DNA of 64,000 bases from an uncultured Ignavibacteriaceae bacterium (GTDB taxonomy: Bacteria > Bacteroidota > Ignavibacteria > Ignavibacteriales > Ignavibacteriaceae). This document shows, piece by piece, positions 8,302-18,226 of this stretch. The notes under the pieces were generated by a model that ran no database searches, had not been told where the DNA came from, and saw only the letters and a list, made by a program, of their open reading frames with translations. A program made the position numbers and the translations under genes. The stretch lies in NCBI GenBank assembly GCA_964617905.1, contig CAZTZZ010000001.1:28080-92079 (forward strand), written 5' to 3'. Each line of letters starts with the position of its first letter. Position 1 is the first letter of the stretch.

Positions 8302-10683
8302 TTAATCTGATTCATCTTTTGGAAGTGTAAATGTAATTGAAGTACCCACAGATTTTTGACTTTTCACAGAAATCTTTCCACCCTGTTTCTCGAGCAATTC
8401 TTTTGTAATTATAAGCCCAAAACCGGTACCACTTTCGTCCTCTGTACCCGGTGAAGATTGATGTGAATCAATTCTAAATAAGTTTTTAACTATTTCTTCT
8501 GTCATTCCAACTCCATTGTCGGCAATTGTAATGTATATATCTTTATCTTCAGTAACGGTTGAAAGTTTTATTTCACCGCCTCTATTTGTGAATTTTATTG
8601 CATTAGAAATCAGGTTTTGTAAAACGGAATTTAAAACATTTGTATCGCAATAAACGAAAGTATCTTCAACTATTTCATTTACTATTTTAATCTCTTTATT
8701 ATCTGCATTATTTTTTAATAGATTTATTATGTACAGCACTTCAGTATATAAATCAATTCTTTGCTTTTCTAAGCTTATACTTTCTCGCTGAAGCTTTGAC
8801 CATTTAAGCAAATTCTCTATTAAATTAAATAAATTTTTTATAGAATCATTCATATTTGCTATGTATGATTTTATCTCTTCTTTCGTAAAAGTATCAAATT
8901 CATCAACAAGCACGCTGGCTAAACCAAGTAATCCCTGGAAAGGACTTCTTAAATCATGAGAAATAATAGAAAAGAATTTATCTTTCGTTAAATTTATGTC
9001 TTGAAGATTTTCAGAATTTTTCTTGATAGCTTCTTCAGCTGCTTTTCTAACCGTAATATCAAAACCAAGCCCGATTATAATTGTAACATTACCGCTTTCA
9101 TCTTTAAGAGGAATTTTTCTGAAATCTACAGTAATAGTTTTTCCATTTTGCATTGAAAATTTTTTATCTTCAAAAATAGAGCATCCGGTATTAATTATCT
9201 GAATATCTTCATTAAAAGAAATTTCAGCTTCTTTAGCAGATAATAAATCTTTAGCTGTTTTACCCTTGATTTCTTCCTTCGTATACCCTAAAAAATTACA
9301 CATTTGTTGATTGACAATAATATACTTATGATCTAGATCCTTTAGAAAAGCAAAGCCCGGAATGCTGTCTAAAAGAGTTGTCATTTCCTTTTGTCTAATT
9401 TTTAGTTCTTCTTCCATTTTTTTTCTGTCTGTAATATCTCGGGATATACAGTGAAAGCCTGAAATTTCATTATTTTTAAATATTAAATTAGAAGCCTGTC
9501 CAAACCATTTTATCTTTCCGTCTTTAGTTCTAAAAGGATATTCTAAATAGGCTGAGCTTTGTTTGGACATATATTGCTTAACATAAAACTTTTTTACTAA
9601 ATCTTTATAATTTGGTAAAATGATATCTAATGAATTTAAACCTAATATTTCTTCTTCAGTAAATCCACTATTAATAATTCCGACTTTATTTACATAAGTA
9701 AAACAACCTTTCAAATCGGCAGTAAAAATAATATCAGAAGCATTCTCTATTACTTCTTGATATCTTTTTTCCGATTCTACTAATTTTCTGTAAATTTCTT
9801 CCTTTTTAATTTTTAGTTTTATATTCTTTAAAGAAATAATAACTTCATTTGCTATACTTTTAAGTATTTGTATTTCATCTGAGTGAAACGAATAATTATT
9901 AAGATAAAGAGATAATATTCCGTATTTATAGTTATTATCAAAAAGTTTTATGACGATAAAGTTTTTACCATTTAGTTCAATTTGTTGAAAGGCAATATCG
10001 TCTTTTTTAGTCCTATTAATTTTTCCATTGCGATTTGATAATTTACCGGAACTATATTCCTCTTTTTCTTTCCCAAACATTTCGATTATGGTTTGGTATG
10101 TATTATTGTCTATTCCTTCTTTTGCTGATTCAAAGATGTTGTGCTTTTTATCAAATAAAAGCAAGCAGGCTCCGTTAAATTCCTGTGCGGAAGTAAATAC
10201 TTGTGTTATTTGCTTAATCAGTTTTTTTGAATTATTAGTCCGGTTTATTATCTGGTCAACTTTTTTTTCTATTTTAAACAGAGAACAGAGACGCTCTCTT
10301 CTTTTTTCAATTTTCCTTTTATATAAAGCAATCTCAATTGCGGCATATAATTCCCTGTCATTAAAGGGTTTTAACAAATAACCAAGCGGTTTTGAAATTT
10401 TTGCTTTTTCAAGCAGATGTGTGTTAAAATATCCTGTTAAAAAAATAATAGGTATTTTAAATTTAGACCATATTTCCTCGGCGGCTTCCGTACCTTTCAT
10501 AGAACTGTCTAAGACAATATCCATAAGAACGAGGTCTATATCAGATTCCTTCACATTAGTTATTGCGGCTTCACCCGTAGTAACTGTTGATGAAACGTTA
10601 TAGTTATGGCTTTCAAGAGTGTCTTTTATTTCTTCGGCAACAATTCTTTCGTCTTCAACTATTAAAATATTTGGTTTTTTCAT
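8302..10683 (-). CDS. Hybrid signalling protein: N-terminal REC, undefined middle region, two PAS domains, HisKA and HATPase
   Basis: REC (ILIVEDE..LVLMDIVL..LLKPF). PAS-like segments (ASDIIFTADLKG.., LLDSIPGFAFLKDLDHKYI..). H-box FFSIISHDLRSPF, N-box LISNAIKFT, G1 DNGVGM, G2 GTGFGL. It is the only minus-strand gene in the window. Confidence 0.85.
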   Translation of the reverse strand: MKKPNILIVEDERIVAEEIKDTLESHNYNVSSTVTTGEAAITNVKESDIDLVLMDIVLDSSMKGTEAAEEIWSKFKIPIIFLTGYFNTHLLEKAKISKPLGYLLKPFNDRELYAAIEIALYKRKIEKRRERLCSLFKIEKKVDQIINRTNNSKKLIKQITQVFTSAQEFNGACLLLFDKKHNIFESAKEGIDNNTYQTIIEMFGKEKEEYSSGKLSNRNGKINRTKKDDIAFQQIELNGKNFIVIKLFDNNYKYGILSLYLNNYSFHSDEIQILKSIANEVIISLKNIKLKIKKEEIYRKLVESEKRYQEVIENASDIIFTADLKGCFTYVNKVGIINSGFTEEEILGLNSLDIILPNYKDLVKKFYVKQYMSKQSSAYLEYPFRTKDGKIKWFGQASNLIFKNNEISGFHCISRDITDRKKMEEELKIRQKEMTTLLDSIPGFAFLKDLDHKYIIVNQQMCNFLGYTKEEIKGKTAKDLLSAKEAEISFNEDIQIINTGCSIFEDKKFSMQNGKTITVDFRKIPLKDESGNVTIIIGLGFDITVRKAAEEAIKKNSENLQDINLTKDKFFSIISHDLRSPFQGLLGLASVLVDEFDTFTKEEIKSYIANMNDSIKNLFNLIENLLKWSKLQRESISLEKQRIDLYTEVLYIINLLKNNADNKEIKIVNEIVEDTFVYCDTNVLNSVLQNLISNAIKFTNRGGEIKLSTVTEDKDIYITIADNGVGMTEEIVKNLFRIDSHQSSPGTEDESGTGFGLIITKELLEKQGGKISVKSQKSVGTSITFTLPKDESD

Positions 10684-10879
10684 CTTATTTAATTCCCCCG
10701 GAATTATTTAGCACAAAATAATCAACAGCACTATTTGAAAGCCAATCAACTTAATGCACACAATTTCTTATCTCTTATATTCGAAAAAAAAAATGAAAAC
10801 TTAAGGTCTGTTTCGATATCGCCAATAATACCTATTACTTAAGGATGTAAAGAATTTGATAAAATCAGGTATCTGATAC

Positions 10880-10906
10880 TAAAGTAAGTTAAATATTTAT
10901 CGATAA
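10880..10906 (+). promoter_or_regulatory. Candidate sigma-28 promoter upstream of cheW
   Basis: TAAA (10880-10883), N15, ATCGATAA (10899-10906). It is intergenic and ends 28 nt upstream of the cheW ATG. Confidence 0.55.
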
Positions 10907-10933
10907 TACTTATTAACAAAAACTAAAAATTTT

Positions 10934-11437
10934 ATGGATTATCAAATGCAAAACATTAAAGAAAACAATGAAGAATCTTCTGAACTTCTTCAACTGGTAA
11001 GTTTTATGGTGGATAAAGAGGAGTTCGGTGTAAATATATTATGTGTTCAGGAAATTAACCGTTTAATGCAGATTACAAAGGTTCCGAATGTTCCTGATTT
11101 TGTAGAAGGAGTAATTAATCTTAGGGGAAGGGTAATTCCCGTAGTTGATTTAAGAACAAAGTTAAAAATTCAAAGAAAAGAAAGAGATAATAATACAAGA
11201 ATTATTGTAGTAGAAGTGGAAGGTAAAACTATTGGGTTTATTGTTGATTCTGTAAAAGAAGTATTGCGAATTCCTATTAGCATTACAGAGGCACCTCCTG
11301 AGATGGTAACCGGAGTAAATTCAGAATACATAATGGCAGTAGCAAAACTTGATGACAGATTAATTACACTATTAAACCTGGAAAAGATTTTGTCTAATAC
11401 CGAAAAGGAAAAATTAGAGGAAGTTGAACAAACATGA
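10934..11437 (+). CDS. cheW: Chemotaxis coupling protein CheW
   Basis: LVSFMVDKEEFGVNILCVQEINRLMQITKVPNVPDFVEGVINLRGRVIPVVDLR is the CheW-domain core. Confidence 0.9.
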   Translation: MDYQMQNIKENNEESSELLQLVSFMVDKEEFGVNILCVQEINRLMQITKVPNVPDFVEGVINLRGRVIPVVDLRTKLKIQRKERDNNTRIIVVEVEGKTIGFIVDSVKEVLRIPISITEAPPEMVTGVNSEYIMAVAKLDDRLITLLNLEKILSNTEKEKLEEVEQT

Positions 11438-11615
11438 TTGATTTAAAATATCGGTTTACTTTTTAAATAAATAGTGAAGAAAAAATTCTTTCTATGATAT
11501 CTAAATATTGAATTTCAATTAATATAAAGGCAACCGATTTATTTTAAAAAGGGTTAACAATTTTTTGAAAAATACGATTATAAATAAAAAATAATTCAAT
11601 TTTAAAGGTAAAAGA

Positions 11616-12002
11616 ATGAAAAAATCAGTTATAATAATTATTGTTGCATTTATCTTATCTATAGTAATCAATACTCAAACAACAATGGCACAAGCTGCTC
11701 AATATTTACCTTTTGCGCAAGAAATGCCCAAACCTGTAGGAGGGTTGAAATCTATTTACAGCAAAATTAAATACCCTGAAATGGCTAAGAAAGCAGGTGT
11801 GGAAGGGAAGGTTTATGTATTAGTTTATGTAAATAAAAACGGAAATGTTGATGATGCTAAAGTTATTAAAGGAATAGGTGCGGGTTGTGACGAAGCTGCA
11901 GTAAACGGCGTAAAACAAATAAAATTTACAGTTGGAAAAAACAAAGGGGTTCCTGTAAAAGTTAAAGTTTCGATTTCAATAAATTTTAAGATCAAAGCAT
12001 AA
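11616..12002 (+). CDS. Secreted TonB C-terminal-domain protein
   Basis: Signal peptide MKKSVIIIIVAFILSIVINTQTTMAQA. This is followed by PKPVGGLKSIYSKIKYPEMAKKAGVEGKVYVLVYVNKNGNVDDAKVIKGIGAGCDEAAVNGVKQIKF, a TonB_C fold pattern. There is no TM anchor or Pro-rich rod. Confidence 0.7.
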   Translation: MKKSVIIIIVAFILSIVINTQTTMAQAAQYLPFAQEMPKPVGGLKSIYSKIKYPEMAKKAGVEGKVYVLVYVNKNGNVDDAKVIKGIGAGCDEAAVNGVKQIKFTVGKNKGVPVKVKVSISINFKIKA

Positions 12003-12021
12003 ATACATTACTTAATTAGCA

Positions 12022-14115
12022 ATGGAGTTTAAATTGAAAAATTTTTTTAATAATATAAAGTTTGTAAGAAAAATTCAGGGTGGTTTTACTTTTCTTGCTC
12101 TAATTTCCACAATTATTTTAGTCATCAGTTTTGTGCAACTAAATAAAATGGGAAAAATAAAAGATAATATTTTTAACGAATTCGTTAAACCCGAAGGACA
12201 AGTAAATAATGTTTACTCCAATTTTCAGCGCACCCAATTTATTATGATGCAATTTTCAATGCCGGCATTTGCTAATAAATTTAATGATAACGCAAAAGAA
12301 TACAATATCTTAAAAGATTTTATTGATACAACTGTTGATTCTCTAATAAAAACAGATTTGAACGAAGATATTAAAAAAGAAATTGTTGAGGTAAAAAAAG
12401 TATGGACTGATTATAAAAATTTGGTTGCTGATGCTATTCTAAGTGCATCTGTTACACAAAACTATGATATGGCTGCCGATATAGCCACTTCATCTGGTGA
12501 AGAAGTGGGGGTGAAGTTGCTGAAGAAATTTGAAAAAGTTCATAAACAGTTATTACTTAAAGCAGAGCAGCTTGACAAAAATATTAACAGTTCTGTACAA
12601 ACATCATCTATAAATTCAATTGTCGGAGCAATTGCCGGTAGTATTGTGTTTTTAATATGTGTATTCTTGTTGGCACCTGCAATCACCAAACCGATAAACA
12701 AACTTAGAGATATTGTAAAAGAGTTTGCATTGGGTAACTATGATTTAGAAATTAAACAAAAATCTAATGACGAAATCGGTGAATTAACAGAATCGTTAAG
12801 AACACTTCAAAAAGCACAAAAAGATAAAATATTTGCAGCTGAACAAATTGCTTCAGGCTTAATTAACAAGGTAGAGCTTGCATCAGAAAAAGATGCTCTT
12901 GCAATTGCTTTTAACAAAGAAGTTGAAACGATTGACAATTTATTAAATGAAACAAAAAATTTGGTAAAAGCTAATAGACAAGGTGACATGAACCTTCGTA
13001 GTAAATCATCCAATTTTGAAGGTGAGTGGAGCAAACTGCTTGAAGGAATAAATTCAATACTTGATGCCGTAACAGCTCCTATTAATGAATCGGCAAATGT
13101 TCTTAAAATAATGGCAAATGGCGATTTTACAATAAGAGTTACCGGCAACTATAAAGGTGATCACCAGTTAATGCAAAAAAATATTAATACGGTCAGCGAT
13201 TCACTTTCTGATGCTCTTAGAAAAGTAGGAGAGGCTGTACTGGCTACCGCAAGTTCAGCAAACGAAATTTCAGCTAGTGTTGAAGAAATGGCAGCTGGAG
13301 CTGGTGAACAAACTCAACAAGTATCAGAAATTGCACATTCTGTAGAACAAATGACACAGACAATTCTTGATAATACTAAAAATGCTACCATTGCCGCTGA
13401 AAGTGCTAAAGGCTCGGGTGAAAAGGCAAAATTAGGCGGTCAGGTTGTAGAAGATACTATAAAAGGAATGGAAAGAATAGCTGAAGTTGTAAAAGAATCG
13501 GCAGAAACTGTTGAAACTTTAGGAAAGAGCAGTGATGCAATAGGAGAAATAATTCAAGTAATTGACGACATAGCAGACCAGACTAATCTGTTAGCATTAA
13601 ATGCTGCTATCGAAGCAGCCCGAGCTGGTGAGAAAGGCCGTGGTTTTGCAGTAGTAGCCGACGAGGTAAGGAAACTGGCGGAACGTACTACAAAAGCCAC
13701 TAAAGAGATTGCCGATATGATAAAGCAAATTCAAAAAGATACTAACGATGCCGTTCAATCAATGACACAAGGAAGAGAAGAAGTAGATAAAGGAAAAAAT
13801 CTGGCAAATAAAGCAGGTGAAGTACTATATGAAATTATAGAAAATGCGCAAAAAGTATCAGATGTGGTTGCACTTGTAGCTGCAGCCAGCGAAGAACAAT
13901 CTTCTACCGCCGAGGAGATAAGCAGGAATATTGACTCTATTAGTAGTGTGACTCAGCAGAGTGCAAGCGGTACGCAGCAAATTGCTCACGCTACAGAAGA
14001 CTTAAGCGGATTGACACAAAATCTTGAAAGATTAATAAGCCATTTCAAAGTTGATAGTGTCGAACAAATTGAGCAAACTTCCCAAGCTTTTGTTGCTGAG
14101 TACAAAAACAATTAA
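12022..14115 (+). CDS. Methyl-accepting chemotaxis protein (two TM segments, periplasmic domain, HAMP-type linkers, MA domain)
   Basis: Signalling hairpin tip [44 protein letters not shown]-like segment [28 protein letters not shown] segments lie near residues 20-40 and 195-215. Confidence 0.92.
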   Translation: MEFKLKNFFNNIKFVRKIQGGFTFLALISTIILVISFVQLNKMGKIKDNIFNEFVKPEGQVNNVYSNFQRTQFIMMQFSMPAFANKFNDNAKEYNILKDFIDTTVDSLIKTDLNEDIKKEIVEVKKVWTDYKNLVADAILSASVTQNYDMAADIATSSGEEVGVKLLKKFEKVHKQLLLKAEQLDKNINSSVQTSSINSIVGAIAGSIVFLICVFLLAPAITKPINKLRDIVKEFALGNYDLEIKQKSNDEIGELTESLRTLQKAQKDKIFAAEQIASGLINKVELASEKDALAIAFNKEVETIDNLLNETKNLVKANRQGDMNLRSKSSNFEGEWSKLLEGINSILDAVTAPINESANVLKIMANGDFTIRVTGNYKGDHQLMQKNINTVSDSLSDALRKVGEAVLATASSANEISASVEEMAAGAGEQTQQVSEIAHSVEQMTQTILDNTKNATIAAESAKGSGEKAKLGGQVVEDTIKGMERIAEVVKESAETVETLGKSSDAIGEIIQVIDDIADQTNLLALNAAIEAARAGEKGRGFAVVADEVRKLAERTTKATKEIADMIKQIQKDTNDAVQSMTQGREEVDKGKNLANKAGEVLYEIIENAQKVSDVVALVAAASEEQSSTAEEISRNIDSISSVTQQSASGTQQIAHATEDLSGLTQNLERLISHFKVDSVEQIEQTSQAFVAEYKNN

Positions 14116-14142
14116 TTTGTTAAAAAATATTTTCTCTAAATA

Positions 14143-14179
14143 AAACCTGATTGATTTAAAAAATTAATCAGGTTTTTTT
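14143..14179 (+). terminator. Rho-independent terminator after the mcp
   Basis: AAACCTGATT, a 13-nt loop, then AATCAGGTTT form a 10-bp stem running into a T7 tract. Confidence 0.8.
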
Positions 14180-14303
14180 ATGCTATCGTTTTTCTTCCAG
14201 TTGGCTAATATTGCACAGCAAAAGGTAAAAATCGGGACGAATTAGACACATAATAAGTCTTTTTTAACGGCATTAAATTTGAATAATAATCAACAGGTTT
14301 ATC

Positions 14304-14330
14304 TAAAAAAAATTAAAAAAAATACGATAA
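14304..14330 (+). promoter_or_regulatory. Candidate sigma-28 promoter upstream of the HEAT-cheR-cheY-cheZ-cheA-cheB operon
   Basis: TAAA (14304-14307), N15, TACGATAA (14323-14330). It is intergenic and ends 51 nt upstream of the TTG start at 14381. The A-rich context makes the -35 match less informative. Confidence 0.5.
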
Positions 14331-14380
14331 TAGAAATTAGTAGTTCTCCTATTAAAAAATAAAATAAGGAAATAACAATT

Positions 14381-15808
14381 TTGAATGATTCTAAAGATAT
14401 ACAGATTGAAGGTTTACAGTTGAATGGGTTGAGCAATCTAAATTCAGAAGATCCTTCGGAAAGAAGTTCGGCTGTTGAATCTTTAATTAATGAAGACCTA
14501 AGCGAAGATGTTGTAAAAACTTTATGCAATATGCTTGATGACCCCGATAAAGGGGTTAGGAATTCAGTTGACTATCTGCTGTCATCAAATCAAAATTCTT
14601 ATATACCACATTATTTAGTAAAGTATATATCGTCAGATAATATTAATACAAGAAACCTTGCAGGTGAAATACTTCTAAAAATTGGTAGTTCTTCAACAAA
14701 AGCAATGCTTAAGAGGCTCAAAGATTCAAACGACGATGATATTAAATTTTTAGTTGATGTATTGGGATTGATAGGTGATGAAAAAGCAGCGCCGCCAATA
14801 TTGGAAATTTTACAAAAAAATAAAAATGAAAATGTAGTCTTGGCTTGTATCGAATCATTGGGCAATTTAAAATATCCCGAAGCTCTTGATACGATAATAT
14901 CTTTATATGATGTTAATGAACTTTATAGGGCAACTATCTTTGAAGCAATTGGTAAAATAGGCTCTTCTAAAGCATTAGATTTTATCACATCAAAATTTCA
15001 ATCGGAAGATGATTTAACGAAATTTTCAATGATTGAAAGTTTGGGATTGATAGGTAATGAAGAGACAATGTATTTTCTTATTTCAGTATTAACGGAATTA
15101 AACGGTCCATTAATTTGGCCTATTTTAGAAGCAGTATTCTCTTTGAAAGAAAAGTTCAATTTGGATGTGCCGTTTGATGAAAGGATGAAAAATTTAATCC
15201 TTAACACAATTGATGAAGCAGATACAAAATATAAAAAGACAGCAGCCAAATTAATTACAGCGTATGATAGTAAAGAAATAATGCCGGCGTGTTTGAAAAT
15301 ATATGGAGAAGATTTTGAAACTGATGAAATGATAAAGCCCAAAATATTTGAAGTCCCGGGAGAATTCTTTCAACTGTTACCTTCATATATTATCAAAGAT
15401 TCAAAAAACTTAATGAGCCTTCTGGAATTAACTCTTGAATTGCTTTCTTCTGAAGAATCAAATTACAGAGATTTAATACCATCAATACAAATTAGAGAGT
15501 TAGCTGATTCGTGTACAAAGTGTTTGGATAATCCTGATGAAGAAATAAGAAAAGCAGGCATTGAAATTCTATTTTCTATTGATCATGAAATAGCTTTACT
15601 TTTTCTGGATAAGATGTTGGATGACAACAGTATGTGGAATAAGCTAAGATTATTAGAAATTTTAAGTGAGATTAATTCACCCGAAGCAGAAGATGCAATT
15701 AAAGTACTTTCAGAAGATAGTGAAGAAATGATTAGTGACAGGGCAAAGTATATGTTGGAAGAAAGAATGGAAAATCAACAGGCATCTAAACCGGAAGGAA
15801 CATTATGA
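14381..15808 (+). CDS. HEAT-repeat (PBS-lyase-type) protein, first gene of the che operon
   Basis: Repeated ~30-aa units such as DPSERSSAVESLIN, DPDKGVRNSVDYLL, NTRNLAGEILLKIG, FLVDVLGLIGDEKAAPPILEIL, VVLACIESLGNLKYPEALDTII and EEIRKAGIEILF. Apparent TTG start after AAGGA. A 4-nt ATGA overlap joins it to cheR. Confidence 0.65.
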   Translation: MNDSKDIQIEGLQLNGLSNLNSEDPSERSSAVESLINEDLSEDVVKTLCNMLDDPDKGVRNSVDYLLSSNQNSYIPHYLVKYISSDNINTRNLAGEILLKIGSSSTKAMLKRLKDSNDDDIKFLVDVLGLIGDEKAAPPILEILQKNKNENVVLACIESLGNLKYPEALDTIISLYDVNELYRATIFEAIGKIGSSKALDFITSKFQSEDDLTKFSMIESLGLIGNEETMYFLISVLTELNGPLIWPILEAVFSLKEKFNLDVPFDERMKNLILNTIDEADTKYKKTAAKLITAYDSKEIMPACLKIYGEDFETDEMIKPKIFEVPGEFFQLLPSYIIKDSKNLMSLLELTLELLSSEESNYRDLIPSIQIRELADSCTKCLDNPDEEIRKAGIEILFSIDHEIALLFLDKMLDDNSMWNKLRLLEILSEINSPEAEDAIKVLSEDSEEMISDRAKYMLEERMENQQASKPEGTL

Positions 15809-16698
15809 ATCTAATGCCGAATGCTGTTCTGCCAAAAAATAATTTTAGCTTAAAAAAACCTTCGTCAATGTTATCTGATGCTACATATGAAATTTTCAGA
15901 AAGTTTATTTATGAAAATTGCGGAATATATTTCCAGGACAACAAAAAATATCTTCTTGAGAGTAGACTTCTGAAGAGAATAAATTTTTTAGGTCTGAATT
16001 CTTTTGAAAACTATTTTGATTACTTAAAATTTAATGTGCGTAAAGAACAGGAAAAGAAATATTTATACGAAGTTATTACAATTAACGAAACTTTCTTTTT
16101 TAGAAATCAACCGCAGCTCAATGCGTTGGTTTCAAAAATTATTCCTGAGATTCTTACCTCAAAAGCGAGAATTGGAAATTCTAAATTAAAAATATGGAGC
16201 GCTGCATCTTCCTCGGGTGAAGAAGCTTATTCGGTTGCAATGACAATTCAAGATCTTGTTAAACCAAGGCACCCGAATTTATCAGTTGAAATAATTGGCA
16301 CGGATATTAGTCAGGCGGTAATTGATACAGCACAATCGGGTGTATATAGAGAATATTCAATTAGAAACACCCCCTCATATTATTTAAAAAAATTTTTTAC
16401 AATTAACAACAATAATTATGAACTTAAGAAAGATATTAAGGACATGGTCTCATTTAAAATACTTAACCTGTTTAACGATCAAAGTATGAGGGCCATGATG
16501 AATTTTGATATAATATTTTGTGCAAACGTACTAATCTATTTTGATTCTAATTCAAAAATTAAAGTAATATCAAACATTTATAATTCGCTTAATAAAGGCG
16601 GATATTTATTTATCGGGTATGCCGAGACATTACATATGGTGTCAAAAGCATTTAGCATTGTAAGTTTTCCGAAGACGATCGGATATAAGAAGGAGTAA
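15805..16698 (+). CDS. cheR: Chemotaxis methyltransferase CheR
   Basis: ITINETFFFRN and SAM-binding IWSAASSSGEEAYSVAM..IIGTDIS..IFCANVLIYF. Confidence 0.9.
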   Translation: MNLMPNAVLPKNNFSLKKPSSMLSDATYEIFRKFIYENCGIYFQDNKKYLLESRLLKRINFLGLNSFENYFDYLKFNVRKEQEKKYLYEVITINETFFFRNQPQLNALVSKIIPEILTSKARIGNSKLKIWSAASSSGEEAYSVAMTIQDLVKPRHPNLSVEIIGTDISQAVIDTAQSGVYREYSIRNTPSYYLKKFFTINNNNYELKKDIKDMVSFKILNLFNDQSMRAMMNFDIIFCANVLIYFDSNSKIKVISNIYNSLNKGGYLFIGYAETLHMVSKAFSIVSFPKTIGYKKE

Positions 16699-16702
16699 TA
16701 TA

Positions 16703-17068
16703 ATGAAAAAAATAATCCTGGTAGCTGATGATTCGCCATCTATTAGGAAATTCGTATCATTTGCATTGAAATTAAAAGGGTATGAAATAATTTCCGCCTC
16801 TGACGGTATGGAGGCGTTGGAGAAGTTACCAAGCGCAAAAATAAATCTGGTTATTACAGATTTAAATATGCCAAACCTGGACGGGTTTGAATTAATAAAA
16901 GCTATTAGAAATAATGTAGAGTTAAAAGAAATACCTATAATAATTTTATCTTCTTTATCGGGGAATGAGGAAATTAAAAAAGGTATGGAGATTGGTGCAA
17001 ATTCATATTTGGCTAAACCTTTTGACCAGCAAAGAATTGCATATGAAGTTTCTAAATATTTAAACTAA
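16703..17068 (+). CDS. CheY-like single-domain response regulator
   Basis: ILVADDS..LVITDLNMPNLDG..IIILSS..YLAKPF. All REC active-site positions are present. Confidence 0.85.
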   Translation: MKKIILVADDSPSIRKFVSFALKLKGYEIISASDGMEALEKLPSAKINLVITDLNMPNLDGFELIKAIRNNVELKEIPIIILSSLSGNEEIKKGMEIGANSYLAKPFDQQRIAYEVSKYLN

Positions 17069-17079
17069 AGGAAAGTATT

Positions 17080-17457
17080 ATGAATCTTAAATTTCTTGTC
17101 GTTGATGACTCAGTTACTATGCGTAGAATAGTTATCAATTCGTTACGTAACTTAGGTTACAATAATTTTGTTGAAGCCGGTGAGGGTAAAGAAGCACTCG
17201 AAAAGCTTTCAACGGAAGCGGGTATAAATTTCATTGTAACTGATTGGAATATGCCTGTAGTTTCCGGTCTTGAGTTGGTTAAAGCAATCCGCGGTAATGA
17301 AAAACTATCAAGTCTTCCAATCCTTATGGTTACCACTCGTGGCGTAAAAGAAGACATTGTAGTTGCTTTACAAGCAAAGGTTAATAACTATATTGTTAAA
17401 CCCTTTACACCACAAATTTTAAAAGAAAAAATCGACCAAATTCTTCAAGTATCCTAA
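17080..17457 (+). CDS. cheY: Chemotaxis response regulator CheY
   Basis: KFLVVDDSVTMRRIV..FIVTDWNMPVVSGLELVKAIR..PILMVTT..YIVKPFT is a canonical CheY pattern (TDWNMP). Confidence 0.88.
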   Translation: MNLKFLVVDDSVTMRRIVINSLRNLGYNNFVEAGEGKEALEKLSTEAGINFIVTDWNMPVVSGLELVKAIRGNEKLSSLPILMVTTRGVKEDIVVALQAKVNNYIVKPFTPQILKEKIDQILQVS

Positions 17458-17467
17458 AAGGTAAAAA

Positions 17468-18223
17468 ATGAAACAGGTTTTAAATATGTCCGATCTATTT
17501 GAGAGGCTGAATGAATTAAAATATGCTTTTAAATATGGACAGGATCTTATCCCCATGATTCAGAGCATTATAGATTTTGTAAAAGAAACTGTTCCCATGT
17601 TAGAAGAAATAAATTCTTCAATTGCCGACAGCACGGTTAAAATACCCAGATTAAAAGATCAGATTAACAATATATCAGACGCTACGGAATTAGCAACGAC
17701 AGAAATTCTTGATATTGTAGATTCAATATCAAACGATATTTTTGGATTGGAAGAACAAATTAAAAACAGTAAAGAAACAGAGTTAAAAAGGCAGAAAAAC
17801 TGGAATGAAATAAAGAAAGTGTTAAATAAAACCGGCTATACTGATTTAGCTGAAAAATTCGAAGCATCAGATAATATGTTTACATTAACTTCCGGCATAC
17901 TTCAGACTCTTGACGGGATAAAGCAAAAAGTTTACAATATAACTTTATCACTTCAAGTACAGGATATCACTTCACAACAATTAGCTTCTGTTAATCATTT
18001 GATTGATTCGGTTAGAAATAAATTAGCTTCTCTAATTTTAGTATTTGATAAAAATGCGAGATCAGATGTTGAACTAACCAAGGTTGATGTTGTTGATAAT
18101 GGTACTTTTGATGCAAATGCTTCTTACACAAAATCACCCGAGAGACAGAAATTAGCGGATAATTTAGTCAAAACTAATCTTAATAAAACAACACAGGATG
18201 AAATAGATAAATTATTTTCATAA
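17468..18223 (+). CDS. CheZ-like CheY-P phosphatase (putative)
   Basis: LSLQVQDITSQQLASVNHLI carries the DxxxQ catalytic spacing (D-I-T-S-Q), comparable with E. coli CheZ QDLTGQ. The protein is helical and sits between cheY and cheA. Confidence 0.55.
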   Translation: MKQVLNMSDLFERLNELKYAFKYGQDLIPMIQSIIDFVKETVPMLEEINSSIADSTVKIPRLKDQINNISDATELATTEILDIVDSISNDIFGLEEQIKNSKETELKRQKNWNEIKKVLNKTGYTDLAEKFEASDNMFTLTSGILQTLDGIKQKVYNITLSLQVQDITSQQLASVNHLIDSVRNKLASLILVFDKNARSDVELTKVDVVDNGTFDANASYTKSPERQKLADNLVKTNLNKTTQDEIDKLFS

Positions 18224-18226
18224 ACT

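Noticed and set aside
10802-10828. TAAG-N15-GCCAATAA in the divergent region upstream of cheW.
   Set aside because: The CGA core of the sigma-28 -10 element is broken (CAA). A better motif lies 78 nt downstream, at 10880-10906.
14201-14214. TGGCTAATATTGCA in the mcp-HEAT intergenic region, resembling a sigma-54 -24/-12 promoter with a proper TTGC.
   Set aside because: The GG-to-GC spacing is 8 nt rather than the strictly required 10. It also lies about 170 nt from the next start codon.
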